The position numbers and the translations under genes are program-made. This document shows positions 33,301-46,213 of a stretch of 64,000 nucleotides of DNA, piece after piece. This stretch comes from Azolla caroliniana (lineage: Eukaryota; Plantae; Polypodiophyta), in NCBI GenBank assembly GCA_043228905.1, contig JBHGNT010000001.1:27094001-27158000 (forward strand), given 5' to 3'. The notes under the pieces are model-generated. The model searched no databases. It worked only from the letters and a program-made list of their open reading frames with translations, and was not told where the DNA came from. The first letter of the stretch is position 1. Every line of letters starts with the position of its first letter.

Positions 33301-36300
33301 CTTCCACTGGGCACCCTTTGATAGGGATGTCATCTAGAAACGGCATGGTGATGTCCGGGATGCAATCCCTCAGTACCTTGTTCATTGCATTCACCATGTG
33401 GGCCACCGAATTGGTCCCTCCTTGCGGCAGGGTACACATTCGCACTAGGCCGAGGGGAGTTCGCATCGTCGTAATGTCTCTGCTCTCCACGGCTAGCTGG
33501 AACTGGTCGTACCCCGAGTACAGATCTCCGACCGAGTAAATTGACCTTCCGGCGAAGGCCTCCACGAACTCGTCTATGGTCGGTCCGATTCCCGCGTTCC
33601 GAATGGTCACTCTGTTGACCGGCTGCAGGTCTTGAATGAAGCGCAATGTTCCGTTTTTCTTTGGTACGGTAAACCATCGGTTCGAGTATGGGGCACTCGA
33701 CGGTTCGAGAATGCCCATATCGACTTTCTACCTCAATAGCTCCATCAACTTCGGGATGTGAGCTCTCGGTACAGCTCTTGGTATTGGAATCGGCTTGAGA
33801 TTCCACGGTACATGCGGTACCGTGAATATCACCATCGGCTCCACGATTGTCGGGTCTACGCACCCGATCTCTTCCGGTGAGAATGCGAAGGCTTTCCCGT
33901 GCCTTCCGAGCATCCTCCGAAACCGGTCTTCCTCCGCCGGCAGTAGGAACCCGCCCCCACCGATTTTGAGCTCCCGGAGCGTCCCGTCGGTGAAGGTGTG
34001 TCCTATGCAGGCCGGATCTCGTAAACTGGGGTCCGACGCAACCCCTCTGATTCGGGACTCGCTGCCCTCCGGTAAGGGTGCCGTGACTGGCCTTACCTTC
34101 CGGTCCACAGTCTTGTACTTCGTGCTAACTCGGGCAGTCCGATCCGACCCGAGCCCCTGACTGAAGTCCGCGATGACTTCGTACATCTCTTCGGAACATA
34201 CCGGTATCGTCCGGTCTTCGTTAAGGTCTTCTCCGGCTACCTTCCTCAGCATTCCCAAGGTGTCGTCGAAGGAGACCGCCTCCACGGCTCCGCTGATTTC
34301 CTCGTCCGGGCCGAGAACTCCGCACGCTCGAAGTCGCTCCTCCGCCCTTGCCCTTTCTCGGCCAACGATGCTGACTATCATACACCCTCCGTCGTTGGAG
34401 AAGCAAAATTTCCTACCTATCGTACAGCTGTGGGGTCCTTCCCAAGTGTCCGGACTGTCTCGGCCCCACGCCTCGGCAGCCCTCTCTAAAAATCCTCCCG
34501 ATTCTCGCCACCGAGGGATTCGCGGTTTCGCTCGTGGTTTGGTCGCACCGTCAGAAATTGGACCGAATGGCGCCTGTCCTGGCTTTTGACCCTCGTGTAG
34601 GCCGAACCGTTGTCTAGCACCTTGGTCTCCATTCTCGCCGCCGTGATGTATGGTTCCCCTAATATGACCGGATGCGAGGACGTCTCCTGTACGAAGAAGT
34701 GCTGGTCAATCTCAACGTCGCCGATCTTGACTCGCACGTTCGGGCAGGCCCCGTGCACTTCCTCGGTGGCGCGCGTCGCCGCCCGTATCTTCCACCCGTG
34801 CTTGGTGTTGATCGGCCACTTTCCCTTCTTATAGAAGTCCATGGACATCAGGTTTATTTCCGAACCGTGGTCCACCAATGCCACCACCGGTTCCTGAATA
34901 TCTCCGATCTTTACCGGGGTCTCCGTGGTCGCTCGGGCCTAGTGCGGCCTTGAATAGTGGCTCTCCGCCCACTCATCTTCCAGCGCCATGTCGTCGATGT
35001 GCGTCGTCCGCACCTCCACCGGTCTTTCCGGTTCCGTCTCCGTCGACAGCCTCTTCCGTTTCACCAGGTCCACAATGGAGTCGTGGAACTCCTTCTTGGC
35101 GATCCCAAGCACCTCTCGCAATGACAGCTCCACTTTGTTGTCGAGGATCCGTTCCTCTAGGACCTTTCGTAGGTCCGTAGTCCTTTCTATTTCCGTCCCC
35201 AGTCGGTATCCGCCCTTCCTGGGGTTATCTTGCGAGCTAGACCCACCGGCATCGTTCCGTCGTTGCCCGAATCGGGTCTCCTACCGTTGTGAGGGCCCGG
35301 CCGCTCCGGCTTTCCCCACTCGTTTGTCTTCTACCAGAGCCTCGTAGTTCCGGCAGGCGGCTTCTACAAAGCCCGTCTTCTCCTCGACCGGATCGCTCCA
35401 CCCGGTTATTTCCCGGACCCGTCTCTCAGCGCGGTCCGTTTCATCTTTCCTTAGCCGTACGCCGGCAAGACCTTCCAGCATTGCCGACCAGAATCCGTCT
35501 TTGCCCTCCTTTCGGGCCTCGCTGCCCCCAACCCGAATGCCGGCCGACGCCGAGTAGTGGATGGCCTCCACGTGTCGGGTTGCTGCCTCTTCCATCAGTC
35601 TCTTCATTCCTCCTCGCCCGTCGTTTCGGTTCAGGGCCCTTCTGGTGTCGCCGGCGTGCACCCGGCCTTCCCACAGGTACACCACCCGGTTCCTCAACGC
35701 TTCTGCGAAATCACCGCAGTCCTTCCGGATGTGGCCAACCTCGTCGCACCACATGCACCTGTTCCCTGCTACCGGCCGTCGGTCACGAGCCGGTTCGCCG
35801 CCTTCCCTTCGAGTCTGGGCGATCTGGAGATCCTTTACCGCCCGCGTCAACTCCTCCAGCGCTGCTCCTTCGGACGAGCCACTGACCATGCCGGTCGAAG
35901 CCAGACCGGTTTCTAGCCATTCCCGGGTTTCTTCCCTTCGCCCTTGCGGTGCCGGTTCAAGCCTCCTTGCTGTGACAACGCCCACACCAGCCGCCCCGTT
36001 GTCAGCCCATTCTCGTCATTTGTCGAAACGGCCACAGACTCTCTTAACCGCAGCCCAGTCGGTCGTCAGCCCGTCTTCGGTTTCCAGCAAGGAGCCGACT
36101 TGATCTCGGTCCCGCTCGTCCACCGACTTGATGAACAGTAGGACCCGGCTCATATCCAGAACGGTTCGGTCAAGCGCCGAAAGGCGCGCAAAGCGTTCTT
36201 CGAACTCCCGGAGGAGTGCCGACGCGTTTCTTCCCTTGCCGGGGGACTCCACCCATTCCATGAAGTCTCATTTCGAAAGCCGGAGCGCGTCGTCCAGCCT

Positions 36301-37290
36301 GCATTTTTCCAGGAGTCGACCTTCGAACTCCTCCCAGGTACGGCTCTCTGCCCGCACCTCGAGCACCTCCGAATGGATGCTCGGCATCGCCACTCGAGGA
36401 AACCCGGCAAGACGCCTCTCTTCCGGAATGTCCCGCATCAGCATTTCTGCCCCGTAGGACGCCAAATACTTCGTGGCATCCTTTCCGCTGAACCGGCCGA
36501 TCGTACCGACGACCGCCTCAATGGCTCTGTCGAGGGCGTCGAAGCCCTCGCGTGCGGTCAATATCCGATCCACGGCCGAAGCCATGGCCTCCGCAAGATC
36601 CGACCCTTTCATCTTCTGCTCTTCTGCCGCCTCCTTCACGTCGGGTTCACCAAGATGTGGAGGTATTCCTCGCGGATGCGTGGAGTGAGGCGGGACCTCG
36701 GGGGTCCTGTACCGAAGAGCAAGAGAGAGAGGAGAAGAAACCCACTACGTGCGAGCGTAGATTCACAGGGACACGGCCCTTCGACACAAAGACGCGAGTG
36801 GGACAGCGACACAGAGAGGCACGAATGTATGTATGTATTAACAAAGACAAAACAACAAGAACACGAATCGGTTACACCCGAACAGGCCGGCGAACAGATG
36901 CCGATGCCTATTCGTAAACGCACAGAAAGAAAGGAGTAGGTTGGAGGTGTTGCCGGAAGCACTCGGGCATTCCTCAGAGCAGCGCGAGCCTCCCGAAACC
37001 TGCACAAAAAGGAGCTATGGAGTTTGGAAGAGAGAGAAGCCTTCGGCCCACAATCCGACAGCACTTCGTCCTCTCTTACTTCGCGATCCCTTCCTCCTCC
37101 TCGTCTCCCTCCTTTTATAGGCAAGAAGGGAGCCGTTTCCTATTAACTTCCTACCTACCGAATCTACCTACCTAGGATCTCCCATGTCCCTAATCCTCTC
37201 CTATGTTCGACACAAGGCGTACGTGCGTGATGAGCCGGTTCCTATGCTCCGGCGCACCGATTCCGCTTGTGGACGGTTTTCTTCACGACA
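30302..37290 (-). mobile_element. Element F: full-length autonomous-type Gypsy element closely related to D, 6,989 bp
   Basis: LTRs 30302-30936 and 36656-37290 (635 bp each); TSD ACGG (30298-301 / 37291-94); PBS-Trp 36635-36652; PPT 30937-30949. Confidence 0.97.
31010..36612 (-). pseudogene. Element F gag-PR and -1-frame pol with several nonsense codons
   Basis: CMWCDEVGHIRKDC; ALVDHGSEI; slippery site 34489-34495; FLDD; RNase H; integrase with GPY. Confidence 0.95.
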
Positions 37291-37312
37291 ACGGTTTTCT
37301 CCACGACAGCGC

Positions 37313-37480
37313 GTCCAGGCTGGAGAAATTGACCTCCAACACATCAACACGCACCTACAAGTCGCTGATATCTTTACGAAGGCCTTAGGCATCGACAAAC
37401 TCGGGCAATTTGCATCGGATCTTGGTCTCACGACGTCCACATTGCCGAGCTTTAGGGGGAGTACACAGACGCAGACGTAG
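37313..37480 (+). pseudogene. Copia element C pol fragment 4 (RNase H C-terminus)
   Basis: VQAGEIDLQHINTHLQVADIFTKAL. Confidence 0.93.
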
Positions 37481-37578
37481 CACGGATAGGCTACGCAATA
37501 CGCAACACAGCCGACTAGAGAAGTTGAAGTACGAACCGAACGACTTTCCGACAGATGGAAGTTGTGTTCGAAGGGGCG

Positions 37579-37874
37579 TGTTGAGAATCGAACTCAACTT
37601 CCCTTAGATAGGTTTCACACTAGCTCATGGACACTCCAAGCTAGTTTTGTAAATAGTAGAAAGGGCGCTTGCCCTTGCTTAGTTGGTATATAAACCAACT
37701 TATTGTAACTTAGTCACCGTTTGATGTATTTTGTTTCGTTAATATAATATACATTTTTGGCTATCTCTGTCTCTTGAGCTCTCTATCTCTCTCTCTCTCT
37801 CTGCTGTTACACATACACACACCTACATTCACCTTCCGCTGCATTGCAATCACCACAGACTCCATTTCCTAACA
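37579..37874 (+). repeat. Probable 3' LTR of Copia element C (296 bp)
   Basis: Follows GAAGGGGCG purine tract; TGTTG...TAACA termini; TATATAA and (CT)n inside; partner LTR outside the window. Confidence 0.75.
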
Positions 37875-39250
37875 CTTAGGCTTAGTAATTTGCCCAACAA
37901 TCTTGAATCCTTTCCAAGATTTCCTAGCCACAACTTCTGCGTAAGTATCCTTCTTTATTGAGGAAGAGAGTGTGCTCTTTCCATCCACCATCACATTTCC
38001 ATCATAACCATACTATATGATTGCACAACCGATTTTTCAAGCACGAATCCTTGTGCATTCTTACCATGACTTGTAAAGGCCTTTGTTTTAGCCCAAATTA
38101 ACCTTCCAGAATATTGCAACCCATTCATATGACTCGCCAAAGATATCACAAATGCGCCCCCTTCATTCTTTTCTACCATAGCTAACTCCATATGAGGTTC
38201 ACCTTGTAATGAGGAAGGCTCGAAAGTTATCATATGCTCATTATCATTCCCTCCCTTCAAGGGCTTCTCCTTCATAGAATTTACAATATCATAATCCTCC
38301 TCTCTACCAAGTTGTACATCATTAGTATTAAAAGGAATTATTTGTAAATTTGACTTGTTAACTTGTGAACCATCATGAATTGCATTTGATGTCTTTCTAG
38401 ATGTTACCCCTACACCATTAAATGTCCTCACCAAGGATTTCCTACCATGTTTCCTCCTACCTTCCGTCCAGCCTTCACCATTAGTGTTGCTAAAAGAACA
38501 CTTTAGTATAGTTTGTTCATCTCGAATAGGACAATCCTTGACCACATGGCCAATACAATTACAAATAAAACATTGATTACGAACTCCAAAACATTTAACT
38601 TTTTGGACTCTCGGTGGGGCCTGAAACATAGCGGGCAGCCTAACATATGCAGGTAATGTCATGTCTTTATTGCCAATTAATCATATATATGGTAGGTTGA
38701 AATTCCCAACCACATAACGCGCTACATCAAATTCTTCATCCATTAATTGAGCAATCGATGAGGCCATATATGGCATCACTGGTCTCCATTCTTTTGGTAA
38801 AGCTGGAAACATGACATAAAAGACAAAGTAATTAGATAAATGTTCACTAACCGCTTTCAGGTCAAACCAAGGCTCCCATTGTAAGAAATGCATCAGAATT
38901 CCATTAATCCTTGTAGATCTTATCCGAGCAGCATCATCACCATCTCCGCAACTGGAAATTCGACATGATAACATCCTTTCCCTAGGAATTGAATATCCAC
39001 AATCCGAGGGAGATCTTCTTGGAATTGTGCCTACAACAAGTGAGGCAACTCCCCACGACTAGGACGACCACCGATTACATGTAGCACCACCAAAAGTTGA
39101 CGTAGATGATCTATTTCTGCATGCACCTCCTATTGCACCTCTGTCGACAAGGTTACGTTGACGACCATATTTGCGACAGGATGAATAACGAAGGGGAGTT
39201 CACCAGATCCCTTCTTGACATTGTCGTCGTCGTCGTCTCAGCCATCGCTT
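37875..39250 (-). pseudogene. Degenerate LINE (L1-like) ORF1 region
   Basis: HFLQWEPWFD, VMFPALPKEW and zinc knuckle CFICNCIGHVVKDC, typical of plant L1 ORF1. Confidence 0.7.
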
Positions 39251-42200
39251 GTGTTTTTTTTCTTTTTTTCTTTGTTCTCCACTTGAAATTCAATTTCATG
39301 CTATAGGAGAAGTTTAACTATACAAGAACTCACATTGAAATATTGCTAACACACAACGATACACTAAAATGTATATATCCTTGTCAATCACAAGAGCAAT
39401 GTTTTCAAATGTTTTACATACTTATACATTGTCTTTTTGAATGGTCATGTTTCTTTCTTTTTTTTCCAAAAAAGAATATATACTCCTTTAGTTAAAATAT
39501 ACACAAACTCGATCCCTTTGTCGGGAAGGCTGAGCCAAGACTATCCTATCCTACATAAGAGATCTTGCTTATTTATCTTACACTTTCACATATGGTTGTA
39601 GCCATCCTTCACTATCCCACATTCACTATCCCACATGCCATGTCTTTCACGCCCCTCGTTCATCTAATGGGAGGGGGGAACAACCATTTGGGTACTTCAT
39701 ACTTCCATAGTATATCCATTCCATTTGTTGCGGTCATCGGTGTAGTACACAATCACTTTGTTTTGCTACTTTTGTGATAGAATTAATTGAAGATAATATC
39801 ATGTTACGAGCCCTTAATGTGAGTGTCATTTCATCAATTGATGCTTATATATTTTGCACCTTATTATAATATGCCTTCAAATCAATGTGCATAACATGGG
39901 ATATAAATTTAAATGTGTTAGAACTCCATGCACTATGAAACACAACCTTTTATAAATAGTTCAAGTTACAAAAAACCCTAGGATTTGATGAATCCTAAAG
40001 GTGGTTTGGTGTCATAGTCAGCCTCACTCAAGTGAACCCATGCTATCATTAACATTAGTTTAAGCAAACACATATTATAATTACACCATCGGTGCAATAA
40101 GTAAAATGGAACGCGATTGGATCTCGACCATTAAGAATATTTATAAATGAGTATGTCTTTATTTTCATTGCACAAAAAATAATGTTTGTCGAACGCATCC
40201 GATAAGGCTAAGGGAAGGTTATATGTTGTAACCCATTCATGATTCATAGTTGATTAGAAGTTGAATGCTTAATTTGCCACTTACAAGTATTTACTTTTTC
40301 CAAGTAACTCCTGCATTAGTTAAACTTATCGTGACTAATAGACTTGCAATAAGAATGGTCAAGCCATGACCTTGGTTAATTGACTCACAATTCTCATGAG
40401 ATTATCCATACTGTTTATTAAGTTTATCTCGTCACTACGATTATTTCAAATTGTTGTCTTTTGGATGATATTTAGTGCAATTGACACATGTCTTTTTGTT
40501 GAGTGATTCATTGTGTTCATATATAAATTAATTAGAAGGAAAGAACAATGGATACAAAGAAAAGCACAATGTGAAAGAATTGTCTTTCTACATCATACAA
40601 GACAACATAGACACCTTATCAAATAATTTCGAGGATTGTAGATTTATGACTTTATGTTGGCAAAATATATATGGTTAAAATGCATAAACATAATGTGGCA
40701 CTATGTCAAATCTTGTGCTTTGCAAACTTGACTTTTTTGAGGTTTAATCCTATCTTCCAACTTCTCCCCAAACAAGAAGCATGTTTTATCTATGTAAAAG
40801 TAGCAATGGCCTCTAAATTATACAAAAACATAATGTAGCTTTTATGGATGTGGATTATAAATAGATAAGTTAACATAGGCGTGCACATATCTTTTGTTCA
40901 CAGGAGGGTGAAACTTAGGTGCATTTCATGATAATTATGCATCATTATTATTTTCTCTAGAGATAGTGGCCTTTTATTTCTTTCACAAAGCCTAACTTTC
41001 AATTTTCCAAATACAAAATAGTATCATATTTAAATGTCTATCAAAATATATATTGTAGGTCATCCATGCATATATATCCTCATCTCAAAGCTGAGGAGTT
41101 CTAATTGTCACACTTTGAACAAATGGATTAGTGGATTTGAGTTCCATTCAAGGTCAAGTTCATAAATCCAACATTACCTTGACAAAGATTGGTATATTGG
41201 TGTTGCCTTTGTGTGGGCACTATCCCTAGATCATGCATTAATGTTTATATTCATGGGATTTCACATCGCCTCCTTATATATGGATCAACCATGATTAAGA
41301 GTTGCAAAATTTCTCTATATTATTTGATATTTGAATTCACAATTTTTTTTCCCCAAAAAAACACTACTTCGCATTAGTTAGCAAAAATTACATCATAGAC
41401 CACCAAAAATTCAGCAACCCTCACTCTGGCCTTCTCACCAAAGTGGACATAGTCCCCACCTCATTTACAACAAAAGTATCCACAACTCCTATAACCTAGT
41501 AATTTGTACTATATCTATACATAGTTACAAACCTGGGCACTGATGGAAGCCATTGGCGGAAACAACTATCAGGGTGCTTGGTAGTTCCATTTAGACCCTG
41601 ATAATGATCTGCCCACCATAGGAGAACTACCCCATTTCAGCAGGAACTTTGACCGAGCTCTTTCAGCTGCATCAGATTCCCCTTGAATCGAGTCGTATCG
41701 TCCCCACAGCCAAGATACCAACTCGAACCAAATATTTAACAACACCTCACCGCTAGGGATCTTTTGTTGTTGAAAAACAAACTTACAATGCATGGTCCAA
41801 ATGTGCCAGACCGATAAACAACCCACCATCATCCATATCTCTTCAAAAAATTCCGAGTTAGTGCCAGGTTGAACTCCAACACGTTGAAACACCTTGCCAC
41901 CCTGCACTATAAATCCATGATCATGGGGGTTTAACTGTTCAACCCAGTCTTCCCCTATTAACTTCAGCCCCTGTACGAACCCCCATACCACTCTCCCATT
42001 CACGCCGCATGTTGCCACTATCCTGAGACTTCTACCCCAAATGTTAATAGCCTCTCCGCAATTCCAAAAACAGTGAGGAATTGATTCCAAAGGGTGTCCA
42101 CATATCTGGCAACCAGCCTCACCACCACGACACTTGAGCCACCCCCCCACTCGTACCGCTTTATGACCACCAAAACTTCTTTTTTTCTGGCATATCGAAC

Positions 42201-45200
42201 GCCCATAGTCTCCTCCAAAACGACTTCAACAAGTCGTCAGAAATGCCTTTATCCTTCCAACTATTGCGAGTTAGAGTAGCACCCATAGATTTGGAGCCAA
42301 TGATTTGCCTTCCTAACTTAGTAGTGTACTCGAAAAACCGTTCCACTTTGTCTGTTCCCAGTTTCTGCCACCACACCTCTAGTGGGTCCCAATCCAACTC
42401 ACATTCGGGCTTGTTGTCAACTATCTAAAGCTTACAATCAGATTCCAGCTTCCCTGGGTCCAGGTTTACTTGCCACTTCTTACCTTCCAACACTGGCACT
42501 CGCACTGCCAACCACTGGCCATTATCTGCCAAAGCACTTAGGTTGCCCCACAAACAATACTCATTAGATGGGCATCTGCCCCCGATAATTTGTGCATCGC
42601 CCTCACCTACAAACCACCCAAACCAGACCCCCTCTTCTTCATTCAGCCTAGCTAGACCATCAACAACCTTATCTATCAAACGGGTCACCTTTTCCAACCT
42701 GCTAGTAAACCTAGTACTACAAACCAGACCCTCCCTTCTTGTCCTTTTGAAAACCTCCCAGTCTCTTACTGAACTTACATTGTACCCTACCATTTGTCCC
42801 CATGGGAAGTATTTTTTCTGGCCAAGCATCATACCGTCATCACTTCTAATCCTAGGGTTCCAAAATAGTGGTTGATGGAGTTGTTCCTCCATCGTTTTTG
42901 GCTGCATTAAGACCAACCCCTCTCTTAAACTTCACTAGGCCCTCATTATGGTGCGGGCCACCCTATCCTCTATGCTAGTCGGTTCTTTTAACTTTAGGCC
43001 TAAACTGAACAACCACCACTTCTTTGCCTTCCAAGGGCCACCATTCCTCGAACACCAGAGTTCATCTCTATCCCTAAGAAGCAATTTCCACAATTCTGGT
43101 CCAGGTTGGAGACTTCGCACCACGAGCTTACCGAGTAAAGCCTTACTTTGGTGAACCGGATCCACCATCCCAAGTCCACCTTGATTTTTTGCCTTGATCA
43201 AACAACTCTAGGCCACTTTAGCTGACGCTGACTCATGGTCTCTACTCGAACAAAGGAACCCTCTCACCATTGCCTTAATATTTTTGATATAATCTTTATC
43301 TATCATCCAGCATGCCAACGAGTACCGCATGGTGTGCAACAAAATGTGGTTTACCACAACCACTTTAACTGTAAGGGAAAGCTTTACTAATGCTCATAAT
43401 CGAAGCTTTTTTCTGATTTTGTCGTTCACTTGCTCAAGCTGCTGATTTTTCTGAATCTCAAATCCCACCAAAAAGCCCAAATATTTAACAGCCCTTCCAT
43501 TAGGGACCCATTGAAAATCAGCATTAGGGCACCAAAGTGGCCATGAGTTTGGAATTACCCAAAACCCCCGACTTTTGTTCCAATTAATTTTCCCACCTGA
43601 TGCTTTACAAAACAACTCAATCCATTTTTCAGCCTGGTGTAAATTAGCATCATTGCCTTGCAGATTGAGCATAGTGTCATCTGCATACATGGAGTCCAAC
43701 AAGTCCTTGCAAGCATGTGGGACAACCAATCCCCGAATTCTTGCATCCGGTCTATTTAAAAAGAAAGAGAATGCCTCATGAAATAAATAAATAAAGATAG
43801 GGGGCCAACGGGCACCCCTGCCTGACAGACTTGCATAATGGAATTGATGAACCCCGTTGCCCTAACACCAACACCCTACTCAAGCTTCCTTTGTAAAGGG
43901 CCAATGCAGTTGATATCCATTTTGAGGGTAGTCCCAACCGCTCCATGACTTTATCTAAAAAAGGCCATTGTACTCTGTCATATGCCTTCTCGAAGTCAAG
44001 CATGAGACATACAATATGTTGATTGGTTTTCTTTGCTAAGGCAATCGCCTCCCAAAAGTTCAACACATTATTAATTATACATCTATTTTCCATGAATCCT
44101 ATTTGTCCAACATTAATAAGCGCATGCAAGTGGGGTTTGACCCTCTTGGCCAGAATATTAGCAAAAATCTTATAGATTGTGTTGAGCAACGTAATCGGTC
44201 TCCATTGCCTCACATCCGTTACTATACCATGTACCTTAGGAATTAGAAATATCAGTACCTCTTTAAAATGCTCAGGGAGGCACCCAACATCCCATGCCTC
44301 ATTTAGACCAGCAACAAGGTCAACCTTAATCACTTCCCAAAATGTTTCAAAAAAATCTTTTGATGATCCGTCGACGCCTGGACAAGACGTGCTACATATA
44401 CTTACCAAAACGTCTGACACCTCCTCTTCCAAGAGAGGCTCTGACAGCTTAACTTGTTCAACCTCTGAAATTCATGGTTGCATTCCCTCCAATACAAATT
44501 CTGCCAGTGACGGCTGGTCTAGGAGACTATAACTATTTGAGAGTAGCCCAATATAGTGGGTAATGACTGCCTCCATGATCTCCGATACATCCTCTGACAG
44601 TGAACCATCCTCTTTAATCAGCGTAGGATTGTAGCTATCGTTTGTTCTCGGTTTTTTTAACTTAAAAAATTGTTGGTTCACCTTGTCCCCATTCCAACTC
44701 CATTAAGCTGTTGAAGTCCTGAATACCATCTTATTTCTAGACACAATCAGTTGTTGTAGTATTTCTTTAGCAACCTCCAGACCTGATCTCGACCATTGAC
44801 AACTAGGATTTTTTTGAAGCATTCTTTGGGCAGCCGCTATCGCTCTTCTTAATCTCACCTCTCTTTCCTTAGACCTCACAATTCTATTTTTAGTCTCTTC
44901 ATGCAAATACATTGAAGTTTCAATAATCTTTCCTCGAAGATTATCCAATGCACCACAACCAACTAGGTTATTTTCCCATATACTCCTCATCTTCCTTCCC
45001 ACCTCCACATCCTCAAAAATTTTACTGCTAATCCTCAAGTTGCAGTCCCTTTTTTTCCTCCTCTAATTGACCATCGTAATCGTAACCGGCATATGATCAG
45101 AGTAAGTTGAACCTGCAATGATTTCAACATTGTTGCCATATTTTTCCAGTTCCGAGCTTATGTATATTCTGTCTATGCGAGACATACAAAAGCCATTTAT

Positions 45201-45520
45201 ATTGTAGCCTGCTCTTGAGAAGCATAGCGAGCTCCGAGGCTTTTTTAGTACATACCAAGCATCTTTCACACCCATTCTGCCCATCAACAAATCCCATGCA
45301 ACTAACTTTGACCCTTGCACCACCGTATGCATGCCCCCCACCTTGTCGTCTATGTGCAAAGTCATGTTAAAATTCCCTACAAGGATCCACACATCTGCAA
45401 TCGGCAAGCCATCGGCCAATTGCCTCCAAAACAGGGCCCGCATCGGTGTCAAATTGGGCGCGTACACATTTATTATTCTAATAATACATTGTTGTGTTAA
45501 GAAACAGGTCCCTCCAGATG

Positions 45521-45680
45521 GGAAGACCCGGTGAGAACCGGATGAGGAGTACCCGGAAACAGAAGACCCGGTGAGAACCGGATGAGGAGTACCCAGCTAT
45601 GGAAGACCCGGTGAGAACCGGATGTGGTGTACCCGGCTACGGAGGACCCGGTGAGAACCGGATGACGAGTACCCGACAAG
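45521..45680 (+). repeat. 40-bp x4 tandem repeat in the U3 of the H LTR (also in the 3' LTR)
   Basis: Units of GGAAGACCCGGTGAGAACCGGATGAGGAGTACCCGG.. start at 45521, 45561, 45601 and 45641. Confidence 0.9.
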
Positions 45681-45869
45681 CGCTGGATGATGCAGGACCG
45701 GTGAGGAGTGCTCACCGGATGAAGGGACATATTCGGAAATATGTTTTTGAGAGTCCATCGAGGATATATTTGTAAATAGCCGAAAAGTCATATTAGTATA
45801 AATATGACTTAGGGCAAACTTAGTATTGTTGTCATTCTTGTTGGTGCAAGACTAAAGAACGTGTAACAG

Positions 45870-45909
<40 letters not shown>

Positions 45910-46213
45910 GAGGTTGTTGCCTCTGTTGTAACCGCCGCCTGTGGCGAAGATCGTGAGCACGAGTTTGTTGCCTCCGTGAACTCGCTATTGTAATCATTGT
46001 GATATAGTGATAGTTTGGAGTCGGTGGACTCCCGTGGTTTTTCCCTCTCAGGGTTTTCCACGTTAAACATCCTGTGCACTCTTCTCTCCTTTGTGTTGTG
46101 CGTTCATTTCCCGTTTTCTGTGTATGATTTTAAGCTCGGTTGTGGCCGAGCGTTGCGCATAGGAAGCGTGTAGTTCTTGTCAAAGTGGTATCAGAGCGAG
46201 GCAACACAGAAAA

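Larger units (their letters stand above)
23533..37308 (-). mobile_element. Element E: degenerate autonomous-type Gypsy element, with F nested in its 5' LTR
   Basis: 3' LTR 23533-24207; 5' LTR 29643-30301 plus 37295-37308; PPT 24208-24220; PBS-Trp 29621-29638; TSD GCGT/GCGC (23529-32 / 37309-12); removing it restores Copia VRER-VQAGEI. Confidence 0.93.

Noticed and set aside
37451-37462. Second PPT-like AGGGGGAG at the end of Copia C pol
   Set aside because: Not followed by TG; the LTR boundary cannot be tested without the 5' LTR, which is outside the window.
39300-41330. AT-rich interval
   Set aside because: No ORF, repeat or terminal structure that I could support.
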